DNA of 63,218 nucleotides, the filler included, from Candidatus Babelota bacterium (lineage in GTDB: Bacteria > JAGOBX01): the NCBI GenBank assembly GCA_017999075.1. It is 12 parts of 12 records of this genome, joined end to end, with 100 filler letters (N's around TTAATTAATTAA, not from the genome) between each part and the next. Parts side by side here need not be neighbours in the genome. Positions count along the whole stretch, not along the records: positions 12,636 to 25,156 come from JAGOBX010000054.1; positions 25,257 to 28,006 come from JAGOBX010000555.1; positions 28,107 to 30,856 come from JAGOBX010000554.1; 9 more parts are not named here. The stretch is one strand, 5' to 3'. The position numbers were made by a program, and so were the translations under genes. The notes under the pieces were generated by a model. It was not told the DNA's origin. It saw only the letters and a list, made by a program, of their open reading frames with translations, and did no database searches. Shown here piece after piece: positions 20,501-30,730 of this stretch (its first letter is position 1; every line of letters begins with the position of its first letter).

Positions 20501-23500
20501 CCTGATTCGAACATCTTATTTATTATTTTTAAATACGCGCCGCTTAACAGTTCTGTAGATGAAGTGATTGAAAAATGAGCAGCTGCAAGATTTTCCACAT
20601 TATTAAAATCCCCTGTTTTATAATAATACTCTATTCCTGATTTTGCGGATTGAATTATAAAAAACCTTGTTTTTTCCGAAACACCGATTTTATAAAATTT
20701 ATGAAATGATTCGGCGTAATATTTATAATCTCCGGTTTTTTCTGCAAGCCTGAAATATGCCGAACCGAATTTAAACAAATCTTCTTCTGAAATTTTACTG
20801 CCTGACAGTTTTGAATAATTTTCAAAACATTCTGCTGCTTTAAGATAATCTCCGGTTTCATAAAAAATCCTGCTTAGTCTAATAAGTGATTCAGAATCGT
20901 TTTTATTCAAAGCAACATATTTTTCATAATATTCTTTTGATTTTTTTAAATCATTCATATCAAAATATAAATCAGCGGCAGACTTTATTTTTGAATAATC
21001 GCTATTATCAAATTTCAATAATTCATCCATGCATTTCAACAACTCGTTTTTATTTCCGAGCTGTTCATAAATTTTAATGAGTTTTTCAAGCATTTCCCTG
21101 TTTTTAGGTTTTTCAGAAAGATAAATATTATATTGACGTGCAGCATTCAGCCAATCATTCTGCTTTAAAAACAAATCCCCCAGTTTTTTATTCAAATCGT
21201 AATTTTTAAAAAGATTTCTTGCAATAACATACAATTCTATTATTTTTTCAGGAGGCAGATATTTTTCAGATAATTCCGCAATTTTTAACAATTCATTATA
21301 ATCTGCTGTTTTTACTGCGCCGGCAGCAAGATACGAAGCAGCTTCAGATTCTTTTCCAATATAATACAATGACCATCCATACTGCAAACTTAAATCTGCA
21401 GAACTTAAAACCACATCTCCAAGTTTTTTAAAAATTTCAGATGCCGCAGAAAATGATTTTGAATTATAATATGATTCTGCCAGTTTCACTAAAACCATAG
21501 TATCAGATTTGTCATATTCGTAAGCATTTTTAAAGTTTTCAATCGCTTTTCCATATTCCGCTGCCGCAAGATTCAATTCTCCAAGTTTAACATATATGTC
21601 TTTTTTTATTTTCTTTATATTTCCGGAATAATATTCGTCTGTTTCTATCATTGTAAATAATTTCCATGATTCCTGAAGTTTTCCTATTTTATATGCAGAA
21701 TAAGCAAGAGTGTAAAAAGACTGTTTATCAAGAAGTTTTTGAATTTTTTGATCGCCAAGATATTTATAAGAATCAAAATAATTCCCTGTGTTGTACAAAG
21801 CTATACCGGCAAATATTTGGGATTTTTCTGCTAAATCTATAGTCTTAATATCAAACTTAGTGTTTTTAAAAAGTTCTATTGTTTTTATATAATTTCCGGC
21901 AATAAAATTAAATTCTATTTGTTTGAAAAGATAATATTTTTCAACGCCGGAATTTTGCAGAATTTCTGATAAACAGCTGATCTCAGCAGCAGTATCTCCT
22001 GTCAATCTTGCAATTTCAAATTTATACTTTAATAATTCATAATCTAATTTTGATTCATAATCAGATGAAGAAATTAATTTATCATATAAATCAGCAGCTT
22101 TAGATATATTTCCTGATTTATAATAACATATAATTTTTTGTTTTTCATTTACATTCAGATTGCCGTCTGATTTTTCTAAAATCCCTGCTGCTTCTGTATA
22201 ACCGGAATCATTAAAATATGAAAAAAATTCTATATTGGCAATTTCACTGTCTTTAAAATCAAGTTTACCTATGTTAAACAACGCTTCTTTATATTTTTTA
22301 GTTTCATATTGTTTTCTTATTAAATTGATCTTACTTTTATCAATTATTCTTTTTAATTTTCCATTTATATTAATTTTTCTTTTATTCATCAATGATTCGA
22401 CATATTTCAAAAGTTTTTCATTATCATCAGACAAGTGGTACGACTTAACAATAAGTTCAATTGCAGAATCAGAATCATCATTTTCAAATTTTTGAAGCAG
22501 TTCAGAAGATTCATTATATTTTCCTAATTCAATTAATCTGTCGGCTTTAATCATTGAAAACGTTTTTATTTCAGATTCATTCATATATTTCGAATTAACA
22601 AGTTTATCAAAAAACTTTTCAAAATCCGGATAATTATTCACTGATAAATACTCAAGAAATTTAACTGCAATCTTGTTTTCAAAACAAAAATTCAATGATG
22701 TTTTTGAAACAAATGATTTTTCTATCAAAGAAAACCATATATTTTTAATGTTTTCAATATCCGCAGGTTTTAAATGATTAGCGCATTCAAACCGCATCAT
22801 TAAAACATCTTCTTCCTGCTTAAGGGATGAAAGCTGTTTATCAGCGTCTTCAAAATTTCCATTTTTTATATTCATCTCAGCAGTATATTTTATAATGCCT
22901 GGTTCAGGGTTTATCCCTGATTTATCAAGAACTTTAACATAAAACAATATTTTTTCAGAATTTTTTGTTTTAACATAATACTTTAAAATTTTATCAGCAA
23001 ATTTTACTGATCCTGTTTTGTTGAAATGAAATTCGGCAAATTCTATTGATTTTTCCAGGTCACCTGATTTAATATAATAATCAGCCAAATACTCCGATAT
23101 TTTCAAAAGGTATCCATCGAGTATTTCTTGATTATTTGAATTTTTCAAAAATCCGTAAGCTTTTAAATAATTTTTTAATTTCAAGTTATCATTATCCGTT
23201 TTTGATTTATAATATGATATACCAAGTCTATTTTTTTCCTCATCATTAATAACATAACCGAAATCTGAAACAAGTTTTTCATATGTTGAAATCATCTTTT
23301 CGAAATTATTTGTTTTATTTGATATTTCGGCTATTTTAATCAAAATTTCTTTATCTTTAGGTTCAAGTTTATGGTATTCAAAATACATATCCAGTGATTT
23401 ATCCATTTTTCCAAACTCATAATATGCATAAGCAAGATTCTTAATTATTTGTTTGGTTTTAGGAACCTGTTCATAATATTCTATAGCTGTTTTATAATCA

Positions 23501-25011
23501 TTCTTATTAAAATAATAATCTGCTATATTTTCGGAATATTCTGAATTCTTCTGCAATTTCAAAATCAAAATAAGAGTTTTTATATATTCATCATTTCGGT
23601 TTAACTGTTTGTACGCATTTGCAGCGAGTTTCAGCAATTTTTCATTATTGTTGATTTTAATTTTTTCAATAATTTCAATCTGTTTTGCATAATTTTTTGT
23701 AATACTATAAATTTCAAGTTTTCTGTCTGCAATAAGTTCTGAATATTTTTCAGGATATAATGTCAAAAACTGTTCAGCTTCATTAAACATCTTTTTTGAC
23801 ATGCAGTAATCTGTAGCTTCAATTAATAATTCTTTAAATCCGGTTTTTTCAAAATTCTTTATCTGGGGAATCATATTTAAAATCTTTTCCGTAAAACCTA
23901 GTTTTATTCCAGAATTCGCGTATTTATAAATATCTTCTTCTTCCATATTAATTTTATAAAGATTTTGAATCTCCGAATAATACTTATAGCTTTTTGAATA
24001 ATCCTGTTTTGCATAATAAAATGAAGCTGCATTTTTCAATATTCTTTTTTTAGATTCTTCATTATCACTGTATTCAATATATTTCACTGCTTCTTCATAA
24101 TTATTCAGCATTGAATAACATTTGAATTTTATATAATTCATTTTTGTTTTATCAATAATTTCCGAAAATTTCGAAACGGCTTTCAAAGCTTCATCAATTT
24201 TATTTTTATCAATAAGCATTAAAATATATGCGGCAGAAAGTTCTTTTAAGTCATCGCTGTTTCTGGCAATAAATTCCGAATCCAAATATTTAGCCGCTAA
24301 TTTCATAAAAACTTCAGGGTCAGATGCTGAATTTTTTAAAAGTTTAACAGCAATATTATTTTTTTGAACATATTTTTTTATTGTTTCACTGGACCCTGTT
24401 TTGGACATAAGGTTTTCAAAAATATTTTTTTTGTCCGCATCAGGCACATTGATTTTTTCAACGCAATCCGCTAATATAATCATATATTCCGTGTTATTAG
24501 AATATTTCATCAGCAATTCATAAGCTTTTTGGTAATCTTTTAAATAATAATAAGACTGCCCTATAAGTTGCGCGATATAATCGCCTTCATATTTATTTTT
24601 TTTGACAGACGAATTATACTCTTCAACAACTTTGTTATATCTCTGACTGTTGAAATTACAAGTTATAACCTCTTTAAAAAATTTATCCGAACCTGTTAAT
24701 TCCTTGTAAAACCCGTATATTTCTGCAGCTTTAACATAATTCTTATTTTTATATTCATTTCCAGCGGCAAACTCTGCGCATAATATCATATAATCTTTTA
24801 TTTCCCGCGTTGGATCAGGTAGTTTTTTCAAAATCTCAAGAGCTGCCGGATAATATTTTTCTTTCAAAACATTATTGTCGGCAGCCCTGAAATACGCTAT
24901 TCCGTATTTTTCTGCGTCAGAATTCTTAAGTTTAGAAGATTCTAATTTCGAAAAATATTCTATTGACTTCTTGTAATCGCCTGTTTCAAAAAACAATCCG
25001 GCAAGTTCCAT
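17536..25011 (-). CDS. Giant tetratricopeptide-repeat protein (at least 2491 aa; true start probably beyond the contig edge)
   Basis: Dozens of TPR-like helical pairs (e.g. LGELNLAAAEYGKAIENFKNAYEYDKSD); TPR-like reading continues upstream to 25155 across two TAA codons. Confidence 0.9.
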   Translation of the reverse strand: MELAGLFFETGDYKKSIEYFSKLESSKLKNSDAEKYGIAYFRAADNNVLKEKYYPAALEILKKLPDPTREIKDYMILCAEFAAGNEYKNKNYVKAAEIYGFYKELTGSDKFFKEVITCNFNSQRYNKVVEEYNSSVKKNKYEGDYIAQLIGQSYYYLKDYQKAYELLMKYSNNTEYMIILADCVEKINVPDADKKNIFENLMSKTGSSETIKKYVQKNNIAVKLLKNSASDPEVFMKLAAKYLDSEFIARNSDDLKELSAAYILMLIDKNKIDEALKAVSKFSEIIDKTKMNYIKFKCYSMLNNYEEAVKYIEYSDNEESKKRILKNAASFYYAKQDYSKSYKYYSEIQNLYKINMEEEDIYKYANSGIKLGFTEKILNMIPQIKNFEKTGFKELLIEATDYCMSKKMFNEAEQFLTLYPEKYSELIADRKLEIYSITKNYAKQIEIIEKIKINNNEKLLKLAANAYKQLNRNDEYIKTLILILKLQKNSEYSENIADYYFNKNDYKTAIEYYEQVPKTKQIIKNLAYAYYEFGKMDKSLDMYFEYHKLEPKDKEILIKIAEISNKTNNFEKMISTYEKLVSDFGYVINDEEKNRLGISYYKSKTDNDNLKLKNYLKAYGFLKNSNNQEILDGYLLKISEYLADYYIKSGDLEKSIEFAEFHFNKTGSVKFADKILKYYVKTKNSEKILFYVKVLDKSGINPEPGIIKYTAEMNIKNGNFEDADKQLSSLKQEEDVLMMRFECANHLKPADIENIKNIWFSLIEKSFVSKTSLNFCFENKIAVKFLEYLSVNNYPDFEKFFDKLVNSKYMNESEIKTFSMIKADRLIELGKYNESSELLQKFENDDSDSAIELIVKSYHLSDDNEKLLKYVESLMNKRKININGKLKRIIDKSKINLIRKQYETKKYKEALFNIGKLDFKDSEIANIEFFSYFNDSGYTEAAGILEKSDGNLNVNEKQKIICYYKSGNISKAADLYDKLISSSDYESKLDYELLKYKFEIARLTGDTAAEISCLSEILQNSGVEKYYLFKQIEFNFIAGNYIKTIELFKNTKFDIKTIDLAEKSQIFAGIALYNTGNYFDSYKYLGDQKIQKLLDKQSFYTLAYSAYKIGKLQESWKLFTMIETDEYYSGNIKKIKKDIYVKLGELNLAAAEYGKAIENFKNAYEYDKSDTMVLVKLAESYYNSKSFSAASEIFKKLGDVVLSSADLSLQYGWSLYYIGKESEAASYLAAGAVKTADYNELLKIAELSEKYLPPEKIIELYVIARNLFKNYDLNKKLGDLFLKQNDWLNAARQYNIYLSEKPKNREMLEKLIKIYEQLGNKNELLKCMDELLKFDNSDYSKIKSAADLYFDMNDLKKSKEYYEKYVALNKNDSESLIRLSRIFYETGDYLKAAECFENYSKLSGSKISEEDLFKFGSAYFRLAEKTGDYKYYAESFHKFYKIGVSEKTRFFIIQSAKSGIEYYYKTGDFNNVENLAAAHFSITSSTELLSGAYLKIINKMFESGDYASSVSYSKKYIKIHKENPEIFRILAESFEKLNNIDAARYYYYLAFKFEYKQQDACIRLAEFYEKTDPASSAYYYEQYDKYTNSGKPDIYLKISELFYENSDYANAVRYYEKLDKITRPDLIEHIIVSYRKLDKPDKAAEYIIKYFNITSDYQFDKLEYIMLYYFNSQRYKEIIELVNRMNPAAKKSLKNLNYNIAVVFWMNKEYKNAADYFIEYEKTGDKVHYDFAYYLGGIFYDKTEYNSALKYYDMFSKSISPKDKRYYPSLFKKIKINYDLQKYEDCAKISEELENGIDGFDDNSKKELYSIAGNTYFQLKNIEKAENYFNKLSEMNYNLTIPYAAIGLYYYEIKKFEKALKYLALVEDKSDNIKIFNALADIYNKTGDAVSAEKYYLKLYSMHPSEEYAVAAAKFFDANNNSNKAAEFYKIAVKYNPENMEALYFLGNLYFNLKNYQNAAGYLNSLSKIRHSYEKINEKLAKSYFEINEFDKCAELYNKIGNRNQIQNFEYAYSLMKSKKYADSLVQFNNLLLEKQIAPKLKSDILRYAAETYLNSGNKIDGELIQYYDNFIRNIAENKITDKESLDYLDNISVKTGDFYYELKEYSKSYHYYSFVKNFGSQTSNSIEKFAIAAFNIKNYKDSSRLFNGLIINNKLKNSVTPKYYLYSGFCSYYLNNYEQAYSEIYKSGAFNSKNDNPEFNKIFGKLLIYKNEHKKAEPFLEFAVSKLKDSEPLTLLAEAYLKSERKKEALELFSKSLNIDPKQKKLFHVVGDLYFEFNDIAGAAGSYSKMFDSISGRIDSKILLSSMRYASIYFEKGIYRKSYDIMFKLYENGVNDFKLNYNLALSSIYLQNYEFALKLFELCDKFDIKPSSYYYQSGELFAKLGRIPEAIKKLNKAFDMEPENTVFIKTLASVLEKNSNFTDAVKLYEKLYNLDKNNIQVLSKLAGLYYKNNNYKDAYDLYILLLKIDPTSDFAADAAIKLNELKHKIK

Positions 25012-25156
25012 TACAGCTTCACCATCGTCTTTTTTTATAAAAATATATTTTTCAAAATATTCTGCAGATTTTTTTAAATTGTTATATTTTTTTTATAAAT
25101 CAGCCAATTTTTTAAGTTCTGATTAAGTGTGTTTTTTTGATTTTACAAGTTCTTCA

Positions 25157-25256
25157 NNNNNNNNNNNNNNNNNNNNNNNNNNNNNNNNNNNNNNNNNNNN
25201 TTAATTAATTAANNNNNNNNNNNNNNNNNNNNNNNNNNNNNNNNNNNNNNNNNNNN
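25157..25256. other. Artificial contig linker
   Basis: N44-TTAATTAATTAA-N44. Confidence 0.99.
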
Positions 25257-25480
25257 CTGTTTTTAGCATTATTTTTATTAGCTCTTTTATTCAGTTTATC
25301 AATTTTACTATCTTTAATCTTGTTTTTTAATTCAATTATGTCGGTATAATAATAATATATATATCCATTTTTATTTTTGGAGGAAGATAAATAATTTAAT
25401 TTTTCCCAGTTTCTGACAGTAGCCCGGGAAACTCCTAATATTTCTGCTGCATCTCTACAAGTTAATATTTCCTTTTTCAT
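25257..25480 (-). CDS. MerR/excisionase-type HTH N-terminus of a truncated protein (possibly a DNA methyltransferase)
   Basis: LTCRDAAEILGVSRATVRNWEK HTH followed by KLNKRANK; cut by the contig end. Confidence 0.65.
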
Positions 25481-25570
25481 ATTTTTTTCTGTAACTTAAT
25501 ATAATGGGAATGTTTCAAAATGACAATTTTGGAAACAATTCCATAATGCATCAGAAATTTTATATAAAAA

Positions 25571-26314
25571 TTAAAAACCAATACTTGAAGATATTGAATA
25601 AACCGGTATTTCAGAAAAAGCCGCATAGCCTTTTATGCTAAAAACACCTATATTGATTTTCATTCCTGCTCCATAATTAAACATAGTTTCATTTTTATCA
25701 GGAATATAAACATTAGGAACTTCAATTTCTGAAATTCTTGTATGATTTAATCCTGCAAAGACATAAGGAGTTAATACTGCAAATCCTTTACTGACAGATA
25801 TGGAACAGTTAAAATCATCCATTTTAAAATTAGTAGTTTTAGCAAGCGTGGTATATGCTGCTCTTACAGATATTGCAGGGGAAACAGATGAACCTTCAAT
25901 AAACGACCATTTAACAGCTCCTGATACAGCAGAAATATCTGAACCAGGTATCGGCAAATAACATACAGAGAGCTCTGTATTTCCAAAAAAACCTTTGGTA
26001 ACAGATAACTGGGGAATTATAATATATTTTGATGGAATATTTATTCCTCCGATATTAACGGCATTCTTCCAGTAACCCTTATTTTCATCTATATTTACAA
26101 CCTTAAAATTTGCGTTCAAATCCCAACCGAAAAGTCCAAGAGATTCTGCTGGCAAATCCGGATGATAAGTGGTCATTGCTCCAAACTCTTTGATAAACCC
26201 GGAAAATTCATCCTGATTAGTAAAATAATTTGTTATTTCTATTCTGTCAAAACTTGAACTCCTGAAAGAAAATATCAAAATTATACATAAACAGATTATA
26301 CTATTTTTTTTCAT
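25571..26314 (-). CDS. Putative outer-membrane beta-barrel protein (DUF6588-like)
   Basis: Signal peptide, amphipathic strands (ISVSKGFAVLTPYVFAG), C-terminal SIGF. Confidence 0.65.
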   Translation of the reverse strand: MKKNSIICLCIILIFSFRSSSFDRIEITNYFTNQDEFSGFIKEFGAMTTYHPDLPAESLGLFGWDLNANFKVVNIDENKGYWKNAVNIGGINIPSKYIIIPQLSVTKGFFGNTELSVCYLPIPGSDISAVSGAVKWSFIEGSSVSPAISVRAAYTTLAKTTNFKMDDFNCSISVSKGFAVLTPYVFAGLNHTRISEIEVPNVYIPDKNETMFNYGAGMKINIGVFSIKGYAAFSEIPVYSISSSIGF

Positions 26315-26359
26315 ATCAATACAATCTCCGCAAATTTTTTTAAATTCATATTTGATTAA

Positions 26360-27136
26360 TTATACTAATTCAATATATTTAGAAACAAATTCGTTAAGTG
26401 TTTTCAAAGATTTTTCAAATATATCTTTATCAACTGATTTATTGTATATTTTTTCTGCAAATTTTTTCAATGAATATATCTCGTCTTCTATAATCCCGTT
26501 CAATATATCAGTTTCAGGTTTACAATTATCCACAACAACTCTAAACACAATAAACGGAATATTGAATTTAACCGATGCTGCAGCTACAGCATAAGTTTCC
26601 ATATCAAACCCAGAATATTTCAGTTTAGAATCATCATATAATAATTTCAATTTCTGCCTTATTTTACTATCCAGTAAAACAAAATCTCCAGTCAATATAT
26701 TTTCAAACTTGATATTAAAACCATTAAATTGTTTTAAATTTTTAACGGCTATCTCCATAAGTTCGTTTGAAACAGAATACCCATTTCCGTTAATTGATAA
26801 CGGAATTTTCCGAGAAGAGAAATATCCGCAAACATCAGCTTCTTGAATTTTTTCAGGGCATATAATAGTTCCTTTATCAACCTCATCTGTCAATGACCCG
26901 CAGCATCCTATATGAATTAAATAATCAGGATTTATTTCAGATAATAATTTTGAAACATTTACAGAAGAATTAACTTTTCCTATGCCTGTTTCTAAAAAAA
27001 ATAATTTTAAAGATTCATTGTCTATATTTTTTATTTCAAAAAAATCATTTTTTATCTGAACTGCAATATTAGAAATATGTTTTTTTAAAAATTCATATTC
27101 TTTTTTAAAAGCCGAAGATATAACTACTTTTTTCAT
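26360..27136 (-). CDS. mtnN: 5'-methylthioadenosine/S-adenosylhomocysteine nucleosidase
   Basis: TGIGKVNS, IHIGCCGSL, ILTGDF, FDMETYAVA, PFIVFRVVVD. Confidence 0.8.
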   Translation of the reverse strand: MKKVVISSAFKKEYEFLKKHISNIAVQIKNDFFEIKNIDNESLKLFFLETGIGKVNSSVNVSKLLSEINPDYLIHIGCCGSLTDEVDKGTIICPEKIQEADVCGYFSSRKIPLSINGNGYSVSNELMEIAVKNLKQFNGFNIKFENILTGDFVLLDSKIRQKLKLLYDDSKLKYSGFDMETYAVAAASVKFNIPFIVFRVVVDNCKPETDILNGIIEDEIYSLKKFAEKIYNKSVDKDIFEKSLKTLNEFVSKYIELV

Positions 27137-28005
27137 TATTTAATATAACCCTTAACTTCGTTCAGTCCTTCTTCTTTATTTTTAATTTTACCTTCAAGCT
27201 GTTTATTGTATACATCAGACAATATTTTTTTAAAAACAGGGGAAGGCTGGATCCCCAAATCAATCAAATCATAACCTGTTATAAAAGGTTTCGGTAATTT
27301 TTTTTCATTTTCAAATTCCGAACGTTTTTCTATCAAAAAATAATAATTCTCCAGATTTTTATGAGAAGAAAGACAATCAAGTCGATGAAGTTCAAGTTCT
27401 ATTTCAAATGTACTGCGGTATATCAATTTTTTCAATGTGCTTTTACGCATTTCTTTAACATTCATGAATTTCATATGATTTAAAACTATATATTTTATTT
27501 CTCTAATATCTTTATTGGAAAACCTCAATCTTTTCATTATGTTTTCTGAAATTTCAGATCCTGTTTTTTCATGACCGTTAAACCTGATTCTGTCTGTAAC
27601 GCTGTAAACTGCAGGCTTGCCTATATCATGAAACAGCATTGAATATGCCAGAATTTTATTTAAAGGATAATTTGCCTGTTCAAAAAGCTTCAATGTATGT
27701 TTAAATACATCTCCTTCAGGATGAAACTCCTCAGGCTGATTAACTCCTGAACACTCATCAAGTTCAGGAAGTATAATTTTTAAAGCTCCTATTTTTTTTA
27801 ACAAATCAATACATATGTGTGCATTTTTTTTTGTTATCATTTTAGTTAACTCATCGTGAATCCGTTCTTTACTGACTTCAGATAATTCATCAATATATTT
27901 TATTACAGCCTTCTGAGTTTCAGACTCAATATTAAAATTTAATGATCCGGCAAATCTTATGGCCCTTAAAATTCTCAATTTATCTTCTTCAAACCTGTTT
28001 TCAGC
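27136..28005 (-). CDS. cca: CCA tRNA nucleotidyltransferase with HD domain, 5' truncated
   Basis: Frame open to contig edge: RFEEDKLRILRAIRF, VSKERIHDEL, HPEGDVFKHT, LFHDIGKP, ITGYDLI. Confidence 0.9.
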   Translation of the reverse strand, partial: AENRFEEDKLRILRAIRFAGSLNFNIESETQKAVIKYIDELSEVSKERIHDELTKMITKKNAHICIDLLKKIGALKIILPELDECSGVNQPEEFHPEGDVFKHTLKLFEQANYPLNKILAYSMLFHDIGKPAVYSVTDRIRFNGHEKTGSEISENIMKRLRFSNKDIREIKYIVLNHMKFMNVKEMRKSTLKKLIYRSTFEIELELHRLDCLSSHKNLENYYFLIEKRSEFENEKKLPKPFITGYDLIDLGIQPSPVFKKILSDVYNKQLEGKIKNKEEGLNEVKGYIK

Positions 28006-28006
28006 A

Positions 28007-28106
28007 NNNNNNNNNNNNNNNNNNNNNNNNNNNNNNNNNNNNNNNNNNNNTTAATTAATTAANNNNNNNNNNNNNNNNNNNNNNNNNNNNNNNNNNNNNN
28101 NNNNNN
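28007..28106. other. Artificial contig linker
   Basis: N44-TTAATTAATTAA-N44. Confidence 0.99.
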
Positions 28107-28208
28107 AAAAGATTTCGGCAAGTAAATATTCGCATTCATCAAGCTGGAAATAGATACTATGGATATGCTGATAAAGTTAAAAACAAAATAAATAGTAATG
28201 GAAAATAA
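28107..28208 (+). CDS. C-terminal fragment of an unidentified upstream gene
   Basis: Open from contig edge: KRFRQVNIRIHQAGNRYYGYADKVKNKINSNGK*. Confidence 0.45.
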   Translation, partial: KRFRQVNIRIHQAGNRYYGYADKVKNKINSNGK

Positions 28209-28269
28209 AAAAACATTGAAATGATTGAATTTTTCAAATTTTTATAACGATATTTTTAAAGGATATTAA

Positions 28270-30252
28270 ATGAAACGAAGTTTTTATTCAGATACTCTCG
28301 AAGATTTTTTTTATAAGTCAGAAGATGAAATACTTGGAATTTTAACTCGTGAAAATCTATTTCCTTTGGAATTATCACAAAGAAATGCTTGGCAAGAAGA
28401 AATTATTATTCTTAAAAAGTATTTGCGTACATTATCAGAATCAGGGAAAATATATTTTGAATACTCAATTCCTCGAATGGGCAAAAGAATTGACGTTTTA
28501 TTACTTATTCGTCATATTATTTTTATAATTGAATTTAAAATCGGTGAAAATGAATTTTCAAGTTATGCAGTTGATCAAGTCTTTGATTATTCGCTTGATA
28601 TGAAAAATTTTCATGAAACTAGCCACGATAAGTTTATTGTACCAATTTTAATTGCTACAAATGCACCAACACGTTTGATTGAAATTTCTATGACACATCA
28701 AAACGACAAATTAGTATATCCGATAAAATGTAATTATACAAACTTTTATGATGCAATTAAAAATTCGCTTATTTTATTAGATGATTTGAATATTAATCCT
28801 TCTTTGTGGGAAAGTGGTCGTTACTGCCCAACTCCGACTATTGTTGAGGCAGCGATGGCTTTATATAATGGACATTCTGTTGAAGAAATTTCAAGGAGTG
28901 ATGCAAGTGCATTTAATTTAAGCACAACCACTAAAACAATATCATCAATAATTGAAGAATCTAGAAATAATTCAGTAAAATCAATTTGTTTCGTTACAGG
29001 GGTGCCGGGGGCTGGAAAAACATTAGTCGGGCTCAATATAGCAACGACTCATATTGACCGAAATAGTGAATTATACAGTGTTTTTTTGTCTGGGAATGGT
29101 CCTTTAGTTGCTGTCTTGCAGGAAGCATTAACGCGTGACAAAGTAAAGCGTGAAAAAGAAAGAGGAAATAATATTAAAATTGGGCAAATAAGATCTGAAG
29201 TAAAAATGTTTATTCAAAATGTTCATAATTTTCGTGATGAATGCTTAAAAAGTGGAGAGCCCCCAATAGAGCATGTTACTTTATTTGACGAGGCTCAAAG
29301 AGCATGGGATTCTAATCAAACTTCAAATTTCATGGCAAGAAAAAAAGGGGTGAAAAATTTTGATAAATCTGAACCGGAATTTTTAATATCATGCCTTGAT
29401 AGACATAAAGACTGGGCTGTAATAGTTTGTTTAGTAGGCGGAGGGCAAGAAATCAATACAGGTGAAGCTGGTATATCTGAATGGTTAAATTCATTAGATA
29501 AATCTTTTTCTAATTGGAATATATATATTTCTTCTCAGTTAATGGACACTGAATATGCCGCTTTTAAAGCAATAAAAAGCATTAGTCAAAAATCAAAAAT
29601 TATTCATAAAGAAGAACTTCACCTTTCAACTTCAATGAGATCATTTAGAGCTGAAAATTTATCATTATTAGTTAAGCAAATACTAGATATAAAAATCGAA
29701 GATGCGCGTAAAACATATGTTCAAATAAAGGATAAATATCCGATTGTCTTGACACGAGATTTAAAAACGGCAAAACAATGGTTAAAGAAAATGGCGAGAG
29801 GATCTGAAAGATACGGTATTGTTGTTTCATCTCAGGCTGAAAGATTGAAACCGCATGCAATTGATGTTAAAACACCTGTCGATCCAATTCACTGGTTTCT
29901 TGATCCCAAAGAAGACGTTCGTTCTTCATATTATCTAGAAGACGTTGCCACTGAATTTCAAATACAAGGATTGGAGTTAGATTGGGCATGTGTCACATGG
30001 GATGCTGATTTAAGATATGCTCATAGCGAATGGCAACATTGGTCATTTAGAGGCGACCGTTGGATGAAAATTCATAAAGAACATCGACAAAAATACTTAC
30101 TAAATGCATATCGTGTTTTATTAACGCGTGCACGGCAAGGAATGGTTATTGTTGTCCCCCCTGGCGACAATGAAGATCATACAAGGCCAACCTGTTATTA
30201 TGATCCAATTTTTGAATATTTGAAAAGTATAGAATTTGAAATATTAGTTTAG
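28270..30252 (+). CDS. DUF2075 (Schlafen group 3-type helicase-like P-loop NTPase) with N-terminal PD-(D/E)xK nuclease-like domain
   Basis: [16 protein letters not shown]...IIEFK; Walker [17 protein letters not shown]; Walker [33 protein letters not shown]. Confidence 0.9.
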   Translation: MKRSFYSDTLEDFFYKSEDEILGILTRENLFPLELSQRNAWQEEIIILKKYLRTLSESGKIYFEYSIPRMGKRIDVLLLIRHIIFIIEFKIGENEFSSYAVDQVFDYSLDMKNFHETSHDKFIVPILIATNAPTRLIEISMTHQNDKLVYPIKCNYTNFYDAIKNSLILLDDLNINPSLWESGRYCPTPTIVEAAMALYNGHSVEEISRSDASAFNLSTTTKTISSIIEESRNNSVKSICFVTGVPGAGKTLVGLNIATTHIDRNSELYSVFLSGNGPLVAVLQEALTRDKVKREKERGNNIKIGQIRSEVKMFIQNVHNFRDECLKSGEPPIEHVTLFDEAQRAWDSNQTSNFMARKKGVKNFDKSEPEFLISCLDRHKDWAVIVCLVGGGQEINTGEAGISEWLNSLDKSFSNWNIYISSQLMDTEYAAFKAIKSISQKSKIIHKEELHLSTSMRSFRAENLSLLVKQILDIKIEDARKTYVQIKDKYPIVLTRDLKTAKQWLKKMARGSERYGIVVSSQAERLKPHAIDVKTPVDPIHWFLDPKEDVRSSYYLEDVATEFQIQGLELDWACVTWDADLRYAHSEWQHWSFRGDRWMKIHKEHRQKYLLNAYRVLLTRARQGMVIVVPPGDNEDHTRPTCYYDPIFEYLKSIEFEILV

Positions 30253-30310
30253 GAGAATCAGTAATAATCATTTTAAATAATATATTGCTGAATAATAATT
30301 TTAATAAATT

Positions 30311-30730
30311 ATGCAAAAAATAGTTTTGATTTCCTGCGTAAGCCAAAAGAATAATTTCAAATCGCCTGCGGAAAATTTGTATATCAGTCCGCTGTTCCGG
30401 TATAATTTGAAATACGCGAAAAGTATGAATCCGGATAATATATTTATTCTTTCAGCGCAGCACGGGCTGCTTGAACTCGATAAAGAGATAGAACCGTATA
30501 ATAAAACACTAAATAATATGTCGAACGCTGAACGAAAGGAATGGGCTTCAGGTGTATTGAATGAATTAACCAAACGCTCAAGTCTTGAAAATGATCTGTT
30601 CGTGTTTCTTGCAGGCAATAATTACAGAAAGTATATTCTTGAACATATCCGGCATTACGAAATCCCTATGCAAGGTTTGAGCATCGGCCGGCAATTGCAA
30701 TTTCTGAAAGGAAAAACAAATGAGCGCTGA
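30311..30730 (+). CDS. DUF6884-family protein
   Basis: IVLISCVSQK, AENLYISPLF, FILSAQHGL, IEPYNKTL, LAGNNY, PMQGLSIGRQLQFL. Confidence 0.85.
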   Translation: MQKIVLISCVSQKNNFKSPAENLYISPLFRYNLKYAKSMNPDNIFILSAQHGLLELDKEIEPYNKTLNNMSNAERKEWASGVLNELTKRSSLENDLFVFLAGNNYRKYILEHIRHYEIPMQGLSIGRQLQFLKGKTNER

